This document shows, piece after piece, positions 51,804 through 61,395 of a stretch of 64,000 bases of DNA. The notes under the pieces are model-generated. The model was not told the origin of the DNA. It saw only the letters and a list, made by a program, of their open reading frames with translations, and did no database searches. The translations under genes and the position numbers were made by a program. Origin of the DNA: Nitrosopumilus sp. (GTDB lineage Archaea; Thermoproteota; Nitrososphaeria; Nitrososphaerales; Nitrosopumilaceae); assembly GCA_965205675.1 (NCBI GenBank), contig OZ242186.1, positions 128,001 through 192,000 of the forward strand, read 5' to 3'. Each line of letters starts with the position of its first letter. The first letter of the stretch is position 1.

Positions 51804-51924
51804 ATATGGTTACACTAGAATACCAAAAAAATACTCTTCTCATGCGTGTGACATGTAATTTGGGATCATCAATATCAGTAAAAGTATTAGAATGCTCAAA
51901 AATCGATTTCCTAGAAATCATCTG

Positions 51925-52042
51925 TAAAACTAAAGCAGAAATGAATTTGATGGATTTAAAAGAGATGACAAGCATGAAAATACATGCTGTCACAAATGAT
52001 AATGGATTGCCAGTACCAATACCTGTTGAATTTAGCAAATAA
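51925..52042 (+). pseudogene. IS5-family transposase internal remnant
   Basis: FDGFKR [frameshift] MTSMKIHAVTNDNGLPV resembles the G(Y/F)DGxK..GxKIHxxVDxxGLP DDE segment. Confidence 0.6.
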
Positions 52043-52201
52043 AACATGATTTTTTCAGTTAAAGCTAGATTTTCTAGTCATGTGGCAAAATCTACGTCTT
52101 TCTGAGATTCAAGTCCTACATGTAAATCTCAAATCCCAATTTCTGCACCACTTTGATTTCTGTGAATGATTAATAATAAGAAAATCTTCAGCAAACCAGT
52201 T

Positions 52202-53044
52202 ATGAAAAAGATAGTAGTAGGAATTACAGTAGTAGGTAAAGATCGAGGAGGGATTGTAGCTACATTTACAAATTTTGTCTTCTCTAAAGGTGGGAACATT
52301 GAGAAAGTAAATCAAAATGTAATCAAAGATCTTTTTGGTATGTATCTAGAAGCATCATTTTCAAAATTAGTTGATGTTAAAAAATTTGACTTGGATATTC
52401 AAAGTCTAGCAAAAAAAGAAAAGATGGATGTCAGCACTCATCATGAAACTAATTCGCAAAAAAATATTGCAGTACTAGTAACTAAAGAGCCATTATGTCT
52501 TCAAACAATTCTATCTAATGCAAAATCATTGAAAGGAAAAATTTCGGTAATCATTGGTACTGAAAGAACTCTAGAATCACTTGCAAAAAAAGCAAAGATT
52601 CCATTTGTTGCAATAGAAGATCAAGTTCAAGACAAGGCTGAAGAAAAAATTATTCAAATTTGTAAAAAATATAATATTGATTTGATATCACTTGCAAGAT
52701 ATATGAGAATTCTTAGTCCTAACTTTGTTTGGAGATATCCAAATAGAATAATTAACATCCATCCATCATTGTTACCTGCATTTCCAGGTGCTTCTGCATA
52801 TGCACAAGCCTTTGAGAGGGGTACAAAGATTGTAGGTGTTACATCACACTATGTAACTGAAAATTTAGATCAAGGACCGATTATTTTCCAAGACTCTTTC
52901 AAAGTAGATCCAAATGATACATTAGAGAAGATGAAATCTAAAGGACAAAAACTTGAAGCATACACGCTGATAAAAGCGATGAAGATGCATTTAGATAACA
53001 AACTCGAAGTTCGTTGGAGAAAAGTTCATATCAAATCCAAGTGA
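52202..53044 (+). CDS. purU: Formyltetrahydrofolate deformylase
   Basis: ACT domain (GKDRGGIVA) plus LARYMRIL, INIHPSLLPAFPG, GVTSHYVT..LDQGPII. Confidence 0.93.
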   Translation: MKKIVVGITVVGKDRGGIVATFTNFVFSKGGNIEKVNQNVIKDLFGMYLEASFSKLVDVKKFDLDIQSLAKKEKMDVSTHHETNSQKNIAVLVTKEPLCLQTILSNAKSLKGKISVIIGTERTLESLAKKAKIPFVAIEDQVQDKAEEKIIQICKKYNIDLISLARYMRILSPNFVWRYPNRIINIHPSLLPAFPGASAYAQAFERGTKIVGVTSHYVTENLDQGPIIFQDSFKVDPNDTLEKMKSKGQKLEAYTLIKAMKMHLDNKLEVRWRKVHIKSK

Positions 53045-53049
53045 ATTAA

Positions 53050-53772
53050 ATGTCAAATATCAAAACTCAGTTTGATCCAATACTTAGAAATTTAATATCA
53101 AAGAAAAAGCAAATTGCAGTAATTCCTGTAGGCTCAATTGAACAGCACGGATCACATTTACCAATATCTACTGATTCAGATATTGTAAGTGAGATAACAA
53201 AAAAAATCTCAGAAAAATATGGATATCTCTTGTTGCCTACACTCAATTACGGAGTGTCATACGAGCATATTCCATTTTTCAATCTAAGCATTAGAGAATC
53301 TACTTTACAAACAGTTCTTACAGACTTGTGTTTGTCTTTACTATCTAATGACATCAAAACAGTTTTTATAATTAATGGACATCACGGCAATCTAAAACCA
53401 ATAAAAAATCTGGATACAAAACTCAAAAAAATCTCAAAAAATAAACTACAAGTATTTTCATTATCTTATTGGCATTTTATGAATAGAGAGTTTGATCATG
53501 CAGGATTTGTAGAAACATCATTGATGCTGGCAATCTCAAAAAATGTCAAAATGAAATTAGCAAAAAAAGGATTAATCACAGATGGAATGACAAAACAAGA
53601 AATTGCTAAACTAGAAAGACTAGCAAATCAATCATTTCCTAAAGCTACCAAAAATGGAATTTGGGGGGATCCTAGAAAAGCTACAAAGAAAGATGGACAA
53701 GTGATTTTAGCCGAAATCGTCAAAAATCTTGGAAAAAAGTGTCAAACTTGCCTTACTGAGTATAGCTCATAG
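53050..53772 (+). CDS. Creatininase-family amidohydrolase
   Basis: PVGSIEQHGSHLP..TD, GVSYEH, NGHHGN, HAGFVETS, GIWGDP; substrate not determinable. Confidence 0.9.
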   Translation: MSNIKTQFDPILRNLISKKKQIAVIPVGSIEQHGSHLPISTDSDIVSEITKKISEKYGYLLLPTLNYGVSYEHIPFFNLSIRESTLQTVLTDLCLSLLSNDIKTVFIINGHHGNLKPIKNLDTKLKKISKNKLQVFSLSYWHFMNREFDHAGFVETSLMLAISKNVKMKLAKKGLITDGMTKQEIAKLERLANQSFPKATKNGIWGDPRKATKKDGQVILAEIVKNLGKKCQTCLTEYSS

Positions 53773-53829
53773 TTTCACCAATGGAAATTTAATATAATCC
53801 CTTGATATCCAAGTCAATAAGTGAAATAG

Positions 53830-54066
53830 ATGTCCGTTGATATGGCAGTAAAAGTATTGGATGAGAGTATCAATCAAGTTGTATTGGTAAAACTCAAAGG
53901 AAATAAGACGATTAGAGGCAATCTTCTTGGTTTTGACCAACACATGAACCTGCTACTCGATTCTTCAGAGGAAATTCCTGCTGAAGGCGATTCTAAGAGC
54001 CTTGGAAGCATTGTAGTCAGAGGAGACAATGTAGTCATGATCTCTCCTCCACCAGCACAAAATTAG
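53830..54066 (+). CDS. Sm/Lsm RNA-binding protein
   Basis: [14 protein letters not shown] and VRGDNVV; typical position upstream of rpl37e. Confidence 0.96.
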   Translation: MSVDMAVKVLDESINQVVLVKLKGNKTIRGNLLGFDQHMNLLLDSSEEIPAEGDSKSLGSIVVRGDNVVMISPPPAQN

Positions 54067-54076
54067 GTGATTTACA

Positions 54077-54244
54077 ATGACGAAAGGTACAACTTCTATG
54101 GGTGGTTTTACAAAGAAGAAAGTTCATATCAGATGTAGACGATGTGGTAAAAACTCACTTCACAAACGCCATCACCAATGTGCAAGTTGTGGATTCCCAG
54201 AGGCAAAACGCAGAAAATATTCTTGGATTAAATGGTATACATAG
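54077..54244 (+). CDS. rpl37e: 50S ribosomal protein L37e (not in ORF track)
   Basis: [55 protein letters not shown]; GGTGA upstream. Confidence 0.97.
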   Translation: MTKGTTSMGGFTKKKVHIRCRRCGKNSLHKRHHQCASCGFPEAKRRKYSWIKWYT

Positions 54245-55120
54245 ATGCAAGAAATTATTCTTATTCTTAGTTCACTAGCAGGCGTAGCTACCGCTGCTGT
54301 TGTTCGTAAAATGCCAAAAAATAAAAATCAATTACTTAGTCTTGGTGCCAGCTCACACATCAAAAGTCAAGTTAACTTATTAAAAATTGAAAAAGATATT
54401 CTAACTAAAACTATTTCAAGATTATACCAAGCAGATTCAGAATTTACCAAAATTCAAAAAGATAAATTGTTGTTAAAGTATCAACACCAATTAGGAATTG
54501 TATTAGCTAAGCTAGAAAAACTTGAACAAGCAGCCAACCATCCAGATTTGGGTCCAGTAGGTGATGGTTTGATTACATTAATGGATCAAAAATTATCAAA
54601 ATTAGATGATAGATTATACGAATTATCATCAAAAATGACAACTGTTAAAGATGAAACATCAAAAAATAAAGAACTAGAAATAAAACAAAAACCATCCAAA
54701 GTATTCAACTTTGATAAACCAAAACAAAAAACTGATCTAATTGAAATTCCCACAACAAAACCAAAACGACCGTTTGAACTAACAACACTTACAGATATTT
54801 CAGGAAAAAAACCAAAGTCTTCACTGTTTGAAGAAATAAAACAAGTTACAAAACCAATGCCACAATCAAAAGTAACTCAAACTGAATTAATCAACCCAAA
54901 ACAAGAGATTGATTTTGGAACCATTCAATCAACATTAATTGGAACGAAAACTGGATTCGACAATAACAAAAAAATTGCTAAAATCTCTGAACATAAAGCA
55001 CTTCCCGAACCAATCAAAGAAAAACTAGATACACTAGATGATGATGCAGATGATTTAGACGAAATTAAAGGTAAGATTATGAAAGTTCTATCAAAGCTTG
55101 ATCAAGCAGAGGTAGAATAA
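54245..55120 (+). CDS. Membrane-anchored coiled-coil hypothetical protein
   Basis: N-terminal TM, EKDILTKTISRLY helix, low-complexity middle, KLDQAEVE end. Confidence 0.75.
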   Translation: MQEIILILSSLAGVATAAVVRKMPKNKNQLLSLGASSHIKSQVNLLKIEKDILTKTISRLYQADSEFTKIQKDKLLLKYQHQLGIVLAKLEKLEQAANHPDLGPVGDGLITLMDQKLSKLDDRLYELSSKMTTVKDETSKNKELEIKQKPSKVFNFDKPKQKTDLIEIPTTKPKRPFELTTLTDISGKKPKSSLFEEIKQVTKPMPQSKVTQTELINPKQEIDFGTIQSTLIGTKTGFDNNKKIAKISEHKALPEPIKEKLDTLDDDADDLDEIKGKIMKVLSKLDQAEVE

Positions 55121-55795
55121 TTGACATTCGATGATGCCGTCAAGGTATTATCAAGTGATGCATTGAAATTTGTTAAAGATGATTATACTGTAGGATTAGG
55201 TAGTGGACGAGCTGCAACTACACTTGTAAAATTACTTGGAAAATTAATTAAACTAAAAGGATATAACATTAGAGGGGTTCCCACATCATTACAAATCAAA
55301 CTAGTTGCAGAAAAAGTAGGTATACCACTAGTAGAAGCTGATCAAGTGCAATACATCGATGTTATCTTTGATGGCGCAGATCAAATTAATTCACAAAAAT
55401 ATGTAATTAAAGGTGGTGGGGGGGCATTATTACGAGAAAATATTCTCTTTAGTCTTGCAAAAAAAGTTGTAGTAATAGCAGATAAAACAAAGTTTGTAAA
55501 AAATTTCAATAGAGCAGTACCAGTAGAAATTCATCCACTTGCACGGAACTCAATTGTAAAATCAATAAACAAATTTGGTGGAGATGCACAGATTCGTTCA
55601 CTGGATAGAGGCTATCCATTTTTTACAGAAAATGGAAATATTATTCTAGATTGTAATTTTGGAATAATAAAAACTCCCAAAGCATTAACTCAAAAAATTA
55701 AACAAACAGCAGGAGTACTAGAATCAGGAATATTCTTGAGAAAACCAGATGTGATTTACAAAGCCAAAGAAAAAGGCAAATTCGATATAATCTAA
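55121..55795 (+). CDS. rpiA: Ribose-5-phosphate isomerase A
   Basis: VGLGSG, VPTS, DGADQ, IKGGGGALLRE, TENGN.ILD. Confidence 0.95.
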   Translation: MTFDDAVKVLSSDALKFVKDDYTVGLGSGRAATTLVKLLGKLIKLKGYNIRGVPTSLQIKLVAEKVGIPLVEADQVQYIDVIFDGADQINSQKYVIKGGGGALLRENILFSLAKKVVVIADKTKFVKNFNRAVPVEIHPLARNSIVKSINKFGGDAQIRSLDRGYPFFTENGNIILDCNFGIIKTPKALTQKIKQTAGVLESGIFLRKPDVIYKAKEKGKFDII

Positions 55796-56317
55796 AAATC
55801 CATAATATTCTAAATATTCATGTAATGTAGATTAGATGTATTTTGGGAGGGGTCAATATCACTGAGATTCACCTATAAATTAAGGATAAAAATTGATACA
55901 GATCGATGTTAATTATTCTATAGTTGTAGAAGATTTCCCATTCACCAAAACAAGAATTGTAATTACAACTCCAACAGATGTAATCTAAAACACTTCAATC
56001 AAAATTCCATGTCACTAATTCGTCCTTCTTTTCCAGCGATGAAGTTATCAGAAATCCTAGTGATTACTCAAATTGAGAAAGACAATTGTTTCTTCACCCT
56101 ACTAGATCTAACATTGGTGGTAAGTTTTGTGGAATTAATATGATGTGCTCTGATTCAGCCTAAATACAATTACATCACAATCACTATCCACCCAAATTCA
56201 TCCAGATCTGCTACATGACTAGTAAAACAAAGTGGCTTGATTTTTTTTAAATAATAGTTTGATTCATCTAGTCTGTATTATATGAATAAGATATTATAAA
56301 AATAATCATCTTGAAAA

Positions 56318-57709
56318 TTAGTTAATTTTTCTCTCAACTAGTTTACCGTGACCTAATTTTCCAACCACTTCAAAGTCTTCTGCAACTAACTGACCTCTGA
56401 CAAGAGTTTTGACAGGCCAGCCTTTCAGATTTTGCCCTTCATATACAATGTAATCAGAGAATCCACCAAACAATTCTGAAGTAACTATTTTTTCTTTCTT
56501 CAAGTCTAGCATGATAATATCTGCATCAGAATTTTTCTCCAATGTGCCTTTTTGTGGATACATACCAAAGATTTGTGCAGCATTTTGGCTGGTAAATCGA
56601 ACAAACTGTTCCAACGTAATCTTGTTTTGATTGACACCATCATTGAGTAGTATAGGAATTACAGTGCCTATCCCAGGAAAACCTGCGAGAGCACTCCAAA
56701 CATCATCACCATCTAGTTTGAGTTTGAGTTGATTTGCAACATGATCAGTTCCTATTGTATCAATTTGATTATTAGATAAAGCATTCCAAACAGCTTTTTG
56801 GTCATTTTCAGTTCTAATTGGAGGCATAACTTTAGCAAGATAACCTGATTGTTTCTCATAAGATAACGTCAAGTAATGAGGACAGGTTTCAACAAAAATT
56901 TTTGTTCCAAGTTTTTTCTCCTCTTGGATTTGTTTTAGTGCACGCTCTGAACCAATATGGACAAAGTAGATCACACAATCATAATCTCTACCAAACTTGG
57001 ACACTGTTTTGATTGCTTTAGCTTCAAATTCTGGAGAACGGCTAGAAGACCATGCAGATAATCCATCTTGATTTTTTTCTTTTGCTGTTTTAATTCCACA
57101 TCCACAAGACTCATAGTCTTCTGCATGAACTAGTACAGGGCAACCAAGTTTTGCGGCAGTCTTTACGGTCTGCTCAACTATATCATTAGTTACATCCACT
57201 TTAGCTGCAACAAGACTAGAAGAATTTGGTGGCATATCCATGTATACATGACCAATTTCACCACCAAGATTCATGTAAATTTTAAATGATGTTATTCCTT
57301 TGTCAACACATAAATTCATCTCATTGATTTGTTGTGGTGTAAAAATTGAAGCATGTATTGCATAATCAACATAATGATTTTGTGATGCTACATCAAGTTG
57401 AGATTGTAAAGAATTAGAAAAAGGATCTCCTAGTCTAAGCATTCGCATCATTGTGGTAATTCCACCTATAGCTGCTGCATGGGATTCCGTTTTTGCAGCT
57501 TCATTAATTGGAGAATAAACTCCATAGTGAATATGAGTGTCAATGGGTCCAGGAACTGAAACTAGACCTGCGCCATTGATTTTATTATCACATGCAGGAA
57601 CATTAGTACTTAGTCCTACAATTTTTCCCTCATCAATTAGAATATTTTTCTCAACCATTCCTTGAGACAAGATAACATGTGAATTAGTAATTACAGTGTC
57701 ATATGTCAT
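56318..57709 (-). CDS. Cyclic amidohydrolase (dihydroorotase/dihydropyrimidinase/allantoinase family)
   Basis: PGPIDTHIH, SFKIYM, VHAED, VH, ETCPHYL, PPIR, GTDH, DAD. Confidence 0.9.
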   Translation of the reverse strand: MTYDTVITNSHVILSQGMVEKNILIDEGKIVGLSTNVPACDNKINGAGLVSVPGPIDTHIHYGVYSPINEAAKTESHAAAIGGITTMMRMLRLGDPFSNSLQSQLDVASQNHYVDYAIHASIFTPQQINEMNLCVDKGITSFKIYMNLGGEIGHVYMDMPPNSSSLVAAKVDVTNDIVEQTVKTAAKLGCPVLVHAEDYESCGCGIKTAKEKNQDGLSAWSSSRSPEFEAKAIKTVSKFGRDYDCVIYFVHIGSERALKQIQEEKKLGTKIFVETCPHYLTLSYEKQSGYLAKVMPPIRTENDQKAVWNALSNNQIDTIGTDHVANQLKLKLDGDDVWSALAGFPGIGTVIPILLNDGVNQNKITLEQFVRFTSQNAAQIFGMYPQKGTLEKNSDADIIMLDLKKEKIVTSELFGGFSDYIVYEGQNLKGWPVKTLVRGQLVAEDFEVVGKLGHGKLVERKIN

Positions 57710-57785
57710 CTATGAGTTTTGTATACTTTAGGCTATTATGCGTTGAGAAAATGAATAAAAGAAGAACAAAATGAGGTTAAACTGA

Positions 57786-57860
57786 GGGCCGGTGGTTTAG
57801 GGGTATAATTCCTCGTTCGCAACGAGGATGTCGAGGGTTCGATTCTCTCCCGGTCCACCA
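57786..57860 (+). tRNA. tRNA-Ala(CGC), intronless, CCA encoded
   Basis: Acceptor GGGCCGG/CCGGTCC with G3:U70, anticodon arm CCTCG-TTCGCAA-CGAGG, GGTTCGATT T-loop, ACCA end. Confidence 0.96.
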
Positions 57861-57974
57861 TTTACTTTACAAAATAATTTAACAAAATTCTAAAAAATTA
57901 CAAAACACGATAATTCCAATCATTATTTATCTAGATCACCATCAATATCATCGTCAGATGTATATTTTCTGATC

Positions 57975-58652
57975 TGGACCCTCCCTAGAATAAGAATAGC
58001 ACCATACATACATTTTTCAGATAATCTAGAAGGTCTACTAACTCACGATAAAGAGTAAATTCATATCATCAAAAAAATCAAGGATTGTATTAGAATCACT
58101 AAACACAAACATTACAACTACAGAATTATGCAGAAAATACAATATTTATCCTCAAATATTTTATTCTTGGAAAGAAAAGGTTGTAGATGGAGGCAAAACT
58201 GTACTTGTATTCAAACCTGATGATGATACGTACAGAACTTTACAAAAGAGAAATGATACTCTAAAAAGAATTGTTGATAAGTTGACCATTGTCACTGACG
58301 ATTTTAAAAAAACATTGGAGGAACACAAAAGATAATCATTACAAAACAATTCATTACACAATTAATTTTGAGAAAGTCATTATTTTGTGTTGGAGTATCT
58401 CACAATAAAATGTATATATAAAATCATTCCACAAGGCACTCAAAGAATATTTGTGGTCATATGGGTTTGAAAACTTTCAATCAGCATGAGTAACAATTAC
58501 AAAAGCATTTGAGGATTACGAACATTGTAGAATTCATTGTGCATATGAATATTTCACACCAAATAAATTTTCAGAGACTTGGGAAATGAAACATAAATGA
58601 AAGCGGATACATGTATGATCATGCAAAAAATATTCTCATTTAACGGAACCCA
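57975..58652 (+). mobile_element. Internally deleted IS3-family remnant
   Basis: OrfA-like KSRIVLESLNTNITTTELCRKYNIYPQIFYSWKEK..GGK..LQKRNDTLKRIV; OrfB tail AFEDYEHCRIHCAYEYFTPNKF; degenerate TG...CA ends. Confidence 0.75.
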
Positions 58653-59076
58653 TTTTATTAGTACTCAAAGAAGCAATTGTAAAACATGGAAAACCTGCAT
58701 CTGTTTTAATTGACCATAATTCCCAATTTTATGCAAATCAATCAAAAGAAAAGAAGTATCACAGTTTGAGATGGAACTGATAGAATTGGAGATAAACCAT
58801 ATCCTTGCAAGAGTGAACTGTCTACATACAAATGGAAAACTAGAGCAATTTCACGGTAAGATCCAAAGAAAGTCAAAAATGGTTTGATGGAGTCGATGAG
58901 TTGGTCCACTGGTACAACCACATAAAGCCACACATGTCACTTGATTGGGACAATCTGAGACCCCTACAAAAGCATATGTAAGAAAGATGCAAAAGAATGA
59001 AACAAAAGTTATTGATGAACAGATAGGAGGAAAATACAATATGAAACAAGGGATGAATTGATTTTGGGATATAACA
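58653..59076 (+). pseudogene. IS481-like (rve integrase) transposase C-terminal remnant with its right end
   Basis: EAIVKHGKPASVLIDHNSQFY / FEMEL....HILARV...TNGKLEQFH / WYNHIKPHMSL..ETP with frameshifts; ends in ...ATAACA (TGT terminus). Confidence 0.75.
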
Positions 59077-59118
59077 ACATGAATCTCACCCAGAAACTAT
59101 TATACATAAATAAAAAAT

Positions 59119-59487
59119 ATGATCAACATGGAAGGTTTTGACGGTAAAAAAGCTGCACAAGATTATATGTCAAAGCATACTTTAGCATTCTCAACTCCAG
59201 AACTAACTCTAATGAGATTTGCATTTTGGTTAGGAGACTCTGTTCCAGATCCAAAAAATGAAGGTAAAGGAATTCCAAGAATGATGACATATTTGATAGA
59301 ACAAGACTTTGAACCAGTTTTAATTGATGATGAAACATATGTTCCATCAGGGGCAGTAAAAAGTTCAGCAACAGTTGGAAATGCGTACAATGAACAAGTT
59401 CAAAGTGGAAACTTTTGTTCTGAATGTGGAACCAGCCTTTCAGCTACTGCAAAATTCTGTCCAGAATGTGGAACAACACAAGAATAA
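59119..59487 (+). CDS. Zinc-ribbon domain protein
   Basis: C-terminal FCSECG....AKFCPECG. Confidence 0.85.
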   Translation: MINMEGFDGKKAAQDYMSKHTLAFSTPELTLMRFAFWLGDSVPDPKNEGKGIPRMMTYLIEQDFEPVLIDDETYVPSGAVKSSATVGNAYNEQVQSGNFCSECGTSLSATAKFCPECGTTQE

Positions 59488-59512
59488 GAAAATAATTTTT
59501 AAATTACTAATT

Positions 59513-60058
59513 TCATGCCTTTGCACCACACTTTGTGCAGAACTTTGCATTTACTCTAAGTGCTGCACCACAAGAAGAACATCCATTTCCACTTTGTGGT
59601 GGTGGTGTTTGTCTTGGCATTAATGCAGGATCAGGGGATGGTAAAGTTCCAATATCCCCAAATGTTTTGTCTGCAGATACAATTCCGGGTGGACTTCCAC
59701 CTACAGGATTATCTATTGTGCCAGCTCTTGGTGGTTGACCCATACCACCTGTCATCATTCCAGGTTGACCCATACCAGGCATTAGTCCGGGAGATTGGGT
59801 GTTTCCAAAACCAGAACCCATTGATTTTTTTAGTTCAAAGATTACTTTGATGGCCAAAAATTCTAATGCAGAATATGCAACTGTATAATCACCTAATTTT
59901 TGAAAGAATTCTTTATCACTAATTTGGCCTTTCTTGTACATGTTGTTTGTGTCTAAAAATGATTCATAGTATCCTTGGGATTCATCAAACAAACTCTGTA
60001 GTTTGTCAAAGAGCATACCAAGAGTATCTACTTCACCAAGTGACATAATCTCACTCAA
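59513..60058 (-). CDS. Zinc-ribbon protein with a Gly/Pro/Met-rich linker
   Basis: Helical N-domain, PGMGQPGMM linker, CSSCG..AKFCTKCG. Confidence 0.85.
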   Translation of the reverse strand: MSEIMSLGEVDTLGMLFDKLQSLFDESQGYYESFLDTNNMYKKGQISDKEFFQKLGDYTVAYSALEFLAIKVIFELKKSMGSGFGNTQSPGLMPGMGQPGMMTGGMGQPPRAGTIDNPVGGSPPGIVSADKTFGDIGTLPSPDPALMPRQTPPPQSGNGCSSCGAALRVNAKFCTKCGAKA

Positions 60059-60115
60059 TTTTTGTAATATTAATTACTTTAGAATCAAAAAAGAGGAAGA
60101 AACATATGTTTGAAT

Positions 60116-60442
60116 TTATGCGAGTGCTCTATCAATCATACCTTGATATGATTCTTTAGAAGCTGCGCCCACTTGCTGGCTAACTATCTTACCTTTGTTT
60201 AAGATGATTAAGGTTGGAATACTAAAGACATTGTATTTTGATGCCAATTCGTTGGATTCATCAACATTAACCTTGACAAATTTTACTTTGCCATCATAGT
60301 CAGCTGCTAGTTCTTCAACTACTGGACCTACCATTCTACATGGACCACACCATTCGGCCCAAAAGTCTACAAATACAGGAATGTCAGAATTTATCACGTC
60401 AACTTCCCATGATTTTGCATCTGAAATTTGTGTTACAGCCAT
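60116..60442 (-). CDS. trxA: Thioredoxin
   Basis: DFWAEWCGPC, SIPT. Confidence 0.97.
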   Translation of the reverse strand: MAVTQISDAKSWEVDVINSDIPVFVDFWAEWCGPCRMVGPVVEELAADYDGKVKFVKVNVDESNELASKYNVFSIPTLIILNKGKIVSQQVGAASKESYQGMIDRALA

Positions 60443-60557
60443 TGTAACATTATTTTATTGAACATACCTAAAAATGTTCACCAAAATCAACATCATATTT
60501 TTTGTTGGATAAATAATTTTGATATATACTTAAATGACGTTTTGGTAAAACTCAACT

Positions 60558-61352
60558 ATGAGTGAAGAACTTAGACTTAAAAAATTAAGAGGATCAGGTG
60601 GCTATGTTATAGCTTCTGTTACTGATGAACAACAAATGAAAGGTAATTTAGGTGGTCCTGACTTATTTTTAGCACCAATTGGCAGACTAGATGCTGAAAA
60701 AATTACTAAACATTTTTGCAATACTTGTGAGAAAGAATTTGAAGGTTCTCCCAAGATAGAATTTGAGAATCCAAACGAAGAAGTTGCAGAAAACCTAATC
60801 CTTACAGAACGAGGTCAATACATTTGTAATTCATGCAATGCATCAATTGCAGAATATAGGGAATTTAAAAAAGAAGATGAAGCAGGAGAAGTTGGAAGTG
60901 CAAAACCATTAGAATCACAAGTTCAGAGTAGACAGCCAGAAATTGCATCACAAAATATACCAGAACCTATAGCTGCATCACAAAATATACCAGAACCTAT
61001 AGCTGCATCACAAAATATACCAGAACCTATAGCTGCATCACAAGAAACTGTTACACAATCAAGTCCAGCAACTTCAATTACTTCAATTGAAGGAAAATTT
61101 GTATTTAATGAAAGTGCAAACAAGATTGGAACTGCAAAACATGTTGGTATTGATTCTACACAATCTATGGTTTTAGTAATTACTAAAGAAGATGGCACAG
61201 AAGGTAGCATGCCATGGACTAGCATTAGGAAAATTGGTGAAGTCGTTCTTTTAGGAAATCCTGAGGTAGTAACACCAAGAAAATGTTCCAACTGTGGATT
61301 TAAAAACAAAGAAGATTCCAAATTCTGTGAAGAATGTGGAACCAAGATCTAA
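60558..61352 (+). CDS. Multi-zinc-finger protein with a PRC-barrel-like domain
   Basis: CNTC...CNSC, GKFVFNESANKIG...PW..IRKIGEVVLL (PRC-like), CSNCG..FCEECG. Confidence 0.8.
   Translation: MSEELRLKKLRGSGGYVIASVTDEQQMKGNLGGPDLFLAPIGRLDAEKITKHFCNTCEKEFEGSPKIEFENPNEEVAENLILTERGQYICNSCNASIAEYREFKKEDEAGEVGSAKPLESQVQSRQPEIASQNIPEPIAASQNIPEPIAASQNIPEPIAASQETVTQSSPATSITSIEGKFVFNESANKIGTAKHVGIDSTQSMVLVITKEDGTEGSMPWTSIRKIGEVVLLGNPEVVTPRKCSNCGFKNKEDSKFCEECGTKI
60944..61043 (+). repeat. 3.3 x 30-bp tandem repeat encoding (ASQNIPEPIA)n
   Basis: Unit TGCATCACAAAATATACCAGAACCTATAGC. Confidence 0.95.
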
Positions 61353-61395
61353 TAATTAGTAAATTTAATCAATGACACTATAAGCGAGAATATAA

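Larger units (their letters stand above)
50464..51810 (-). mobile_element. IS110-family element with IS1111-like layout (sub-terminal inverted repeats, 3' non-coding region)
   Basis: TATGTGAA 50468-50475 / TTCACATA 51799-51806; transposase on the minus strand; about 230-nt structured non-coding end; no target-site duplication at the inferred boundary. Confidence 0.85.

Noticed and set aside
50453-51817. ACTA direct repeat (50453-56 and 51814-17) as target-site duplication or core defining wider IS boundaries
   Set aside because: A 4-mer in AT-rich DNA is weak, and these boundaries explain only part of one loop, whereas 50464/51810 explain all four loop strands. Not fully excluded without an empty-site sequence.
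51806-52042. 78-aa ORF as a real gene
   Set aside because: It starts inside the IS110 end and only its tail resembles a frameshifted IS5 transposase.
57786-59100. Integrated provirus or island at tRNA-Ala
   Set aside because: No integrase and no duplicated tRNA 3' end within the window; only IS debris.
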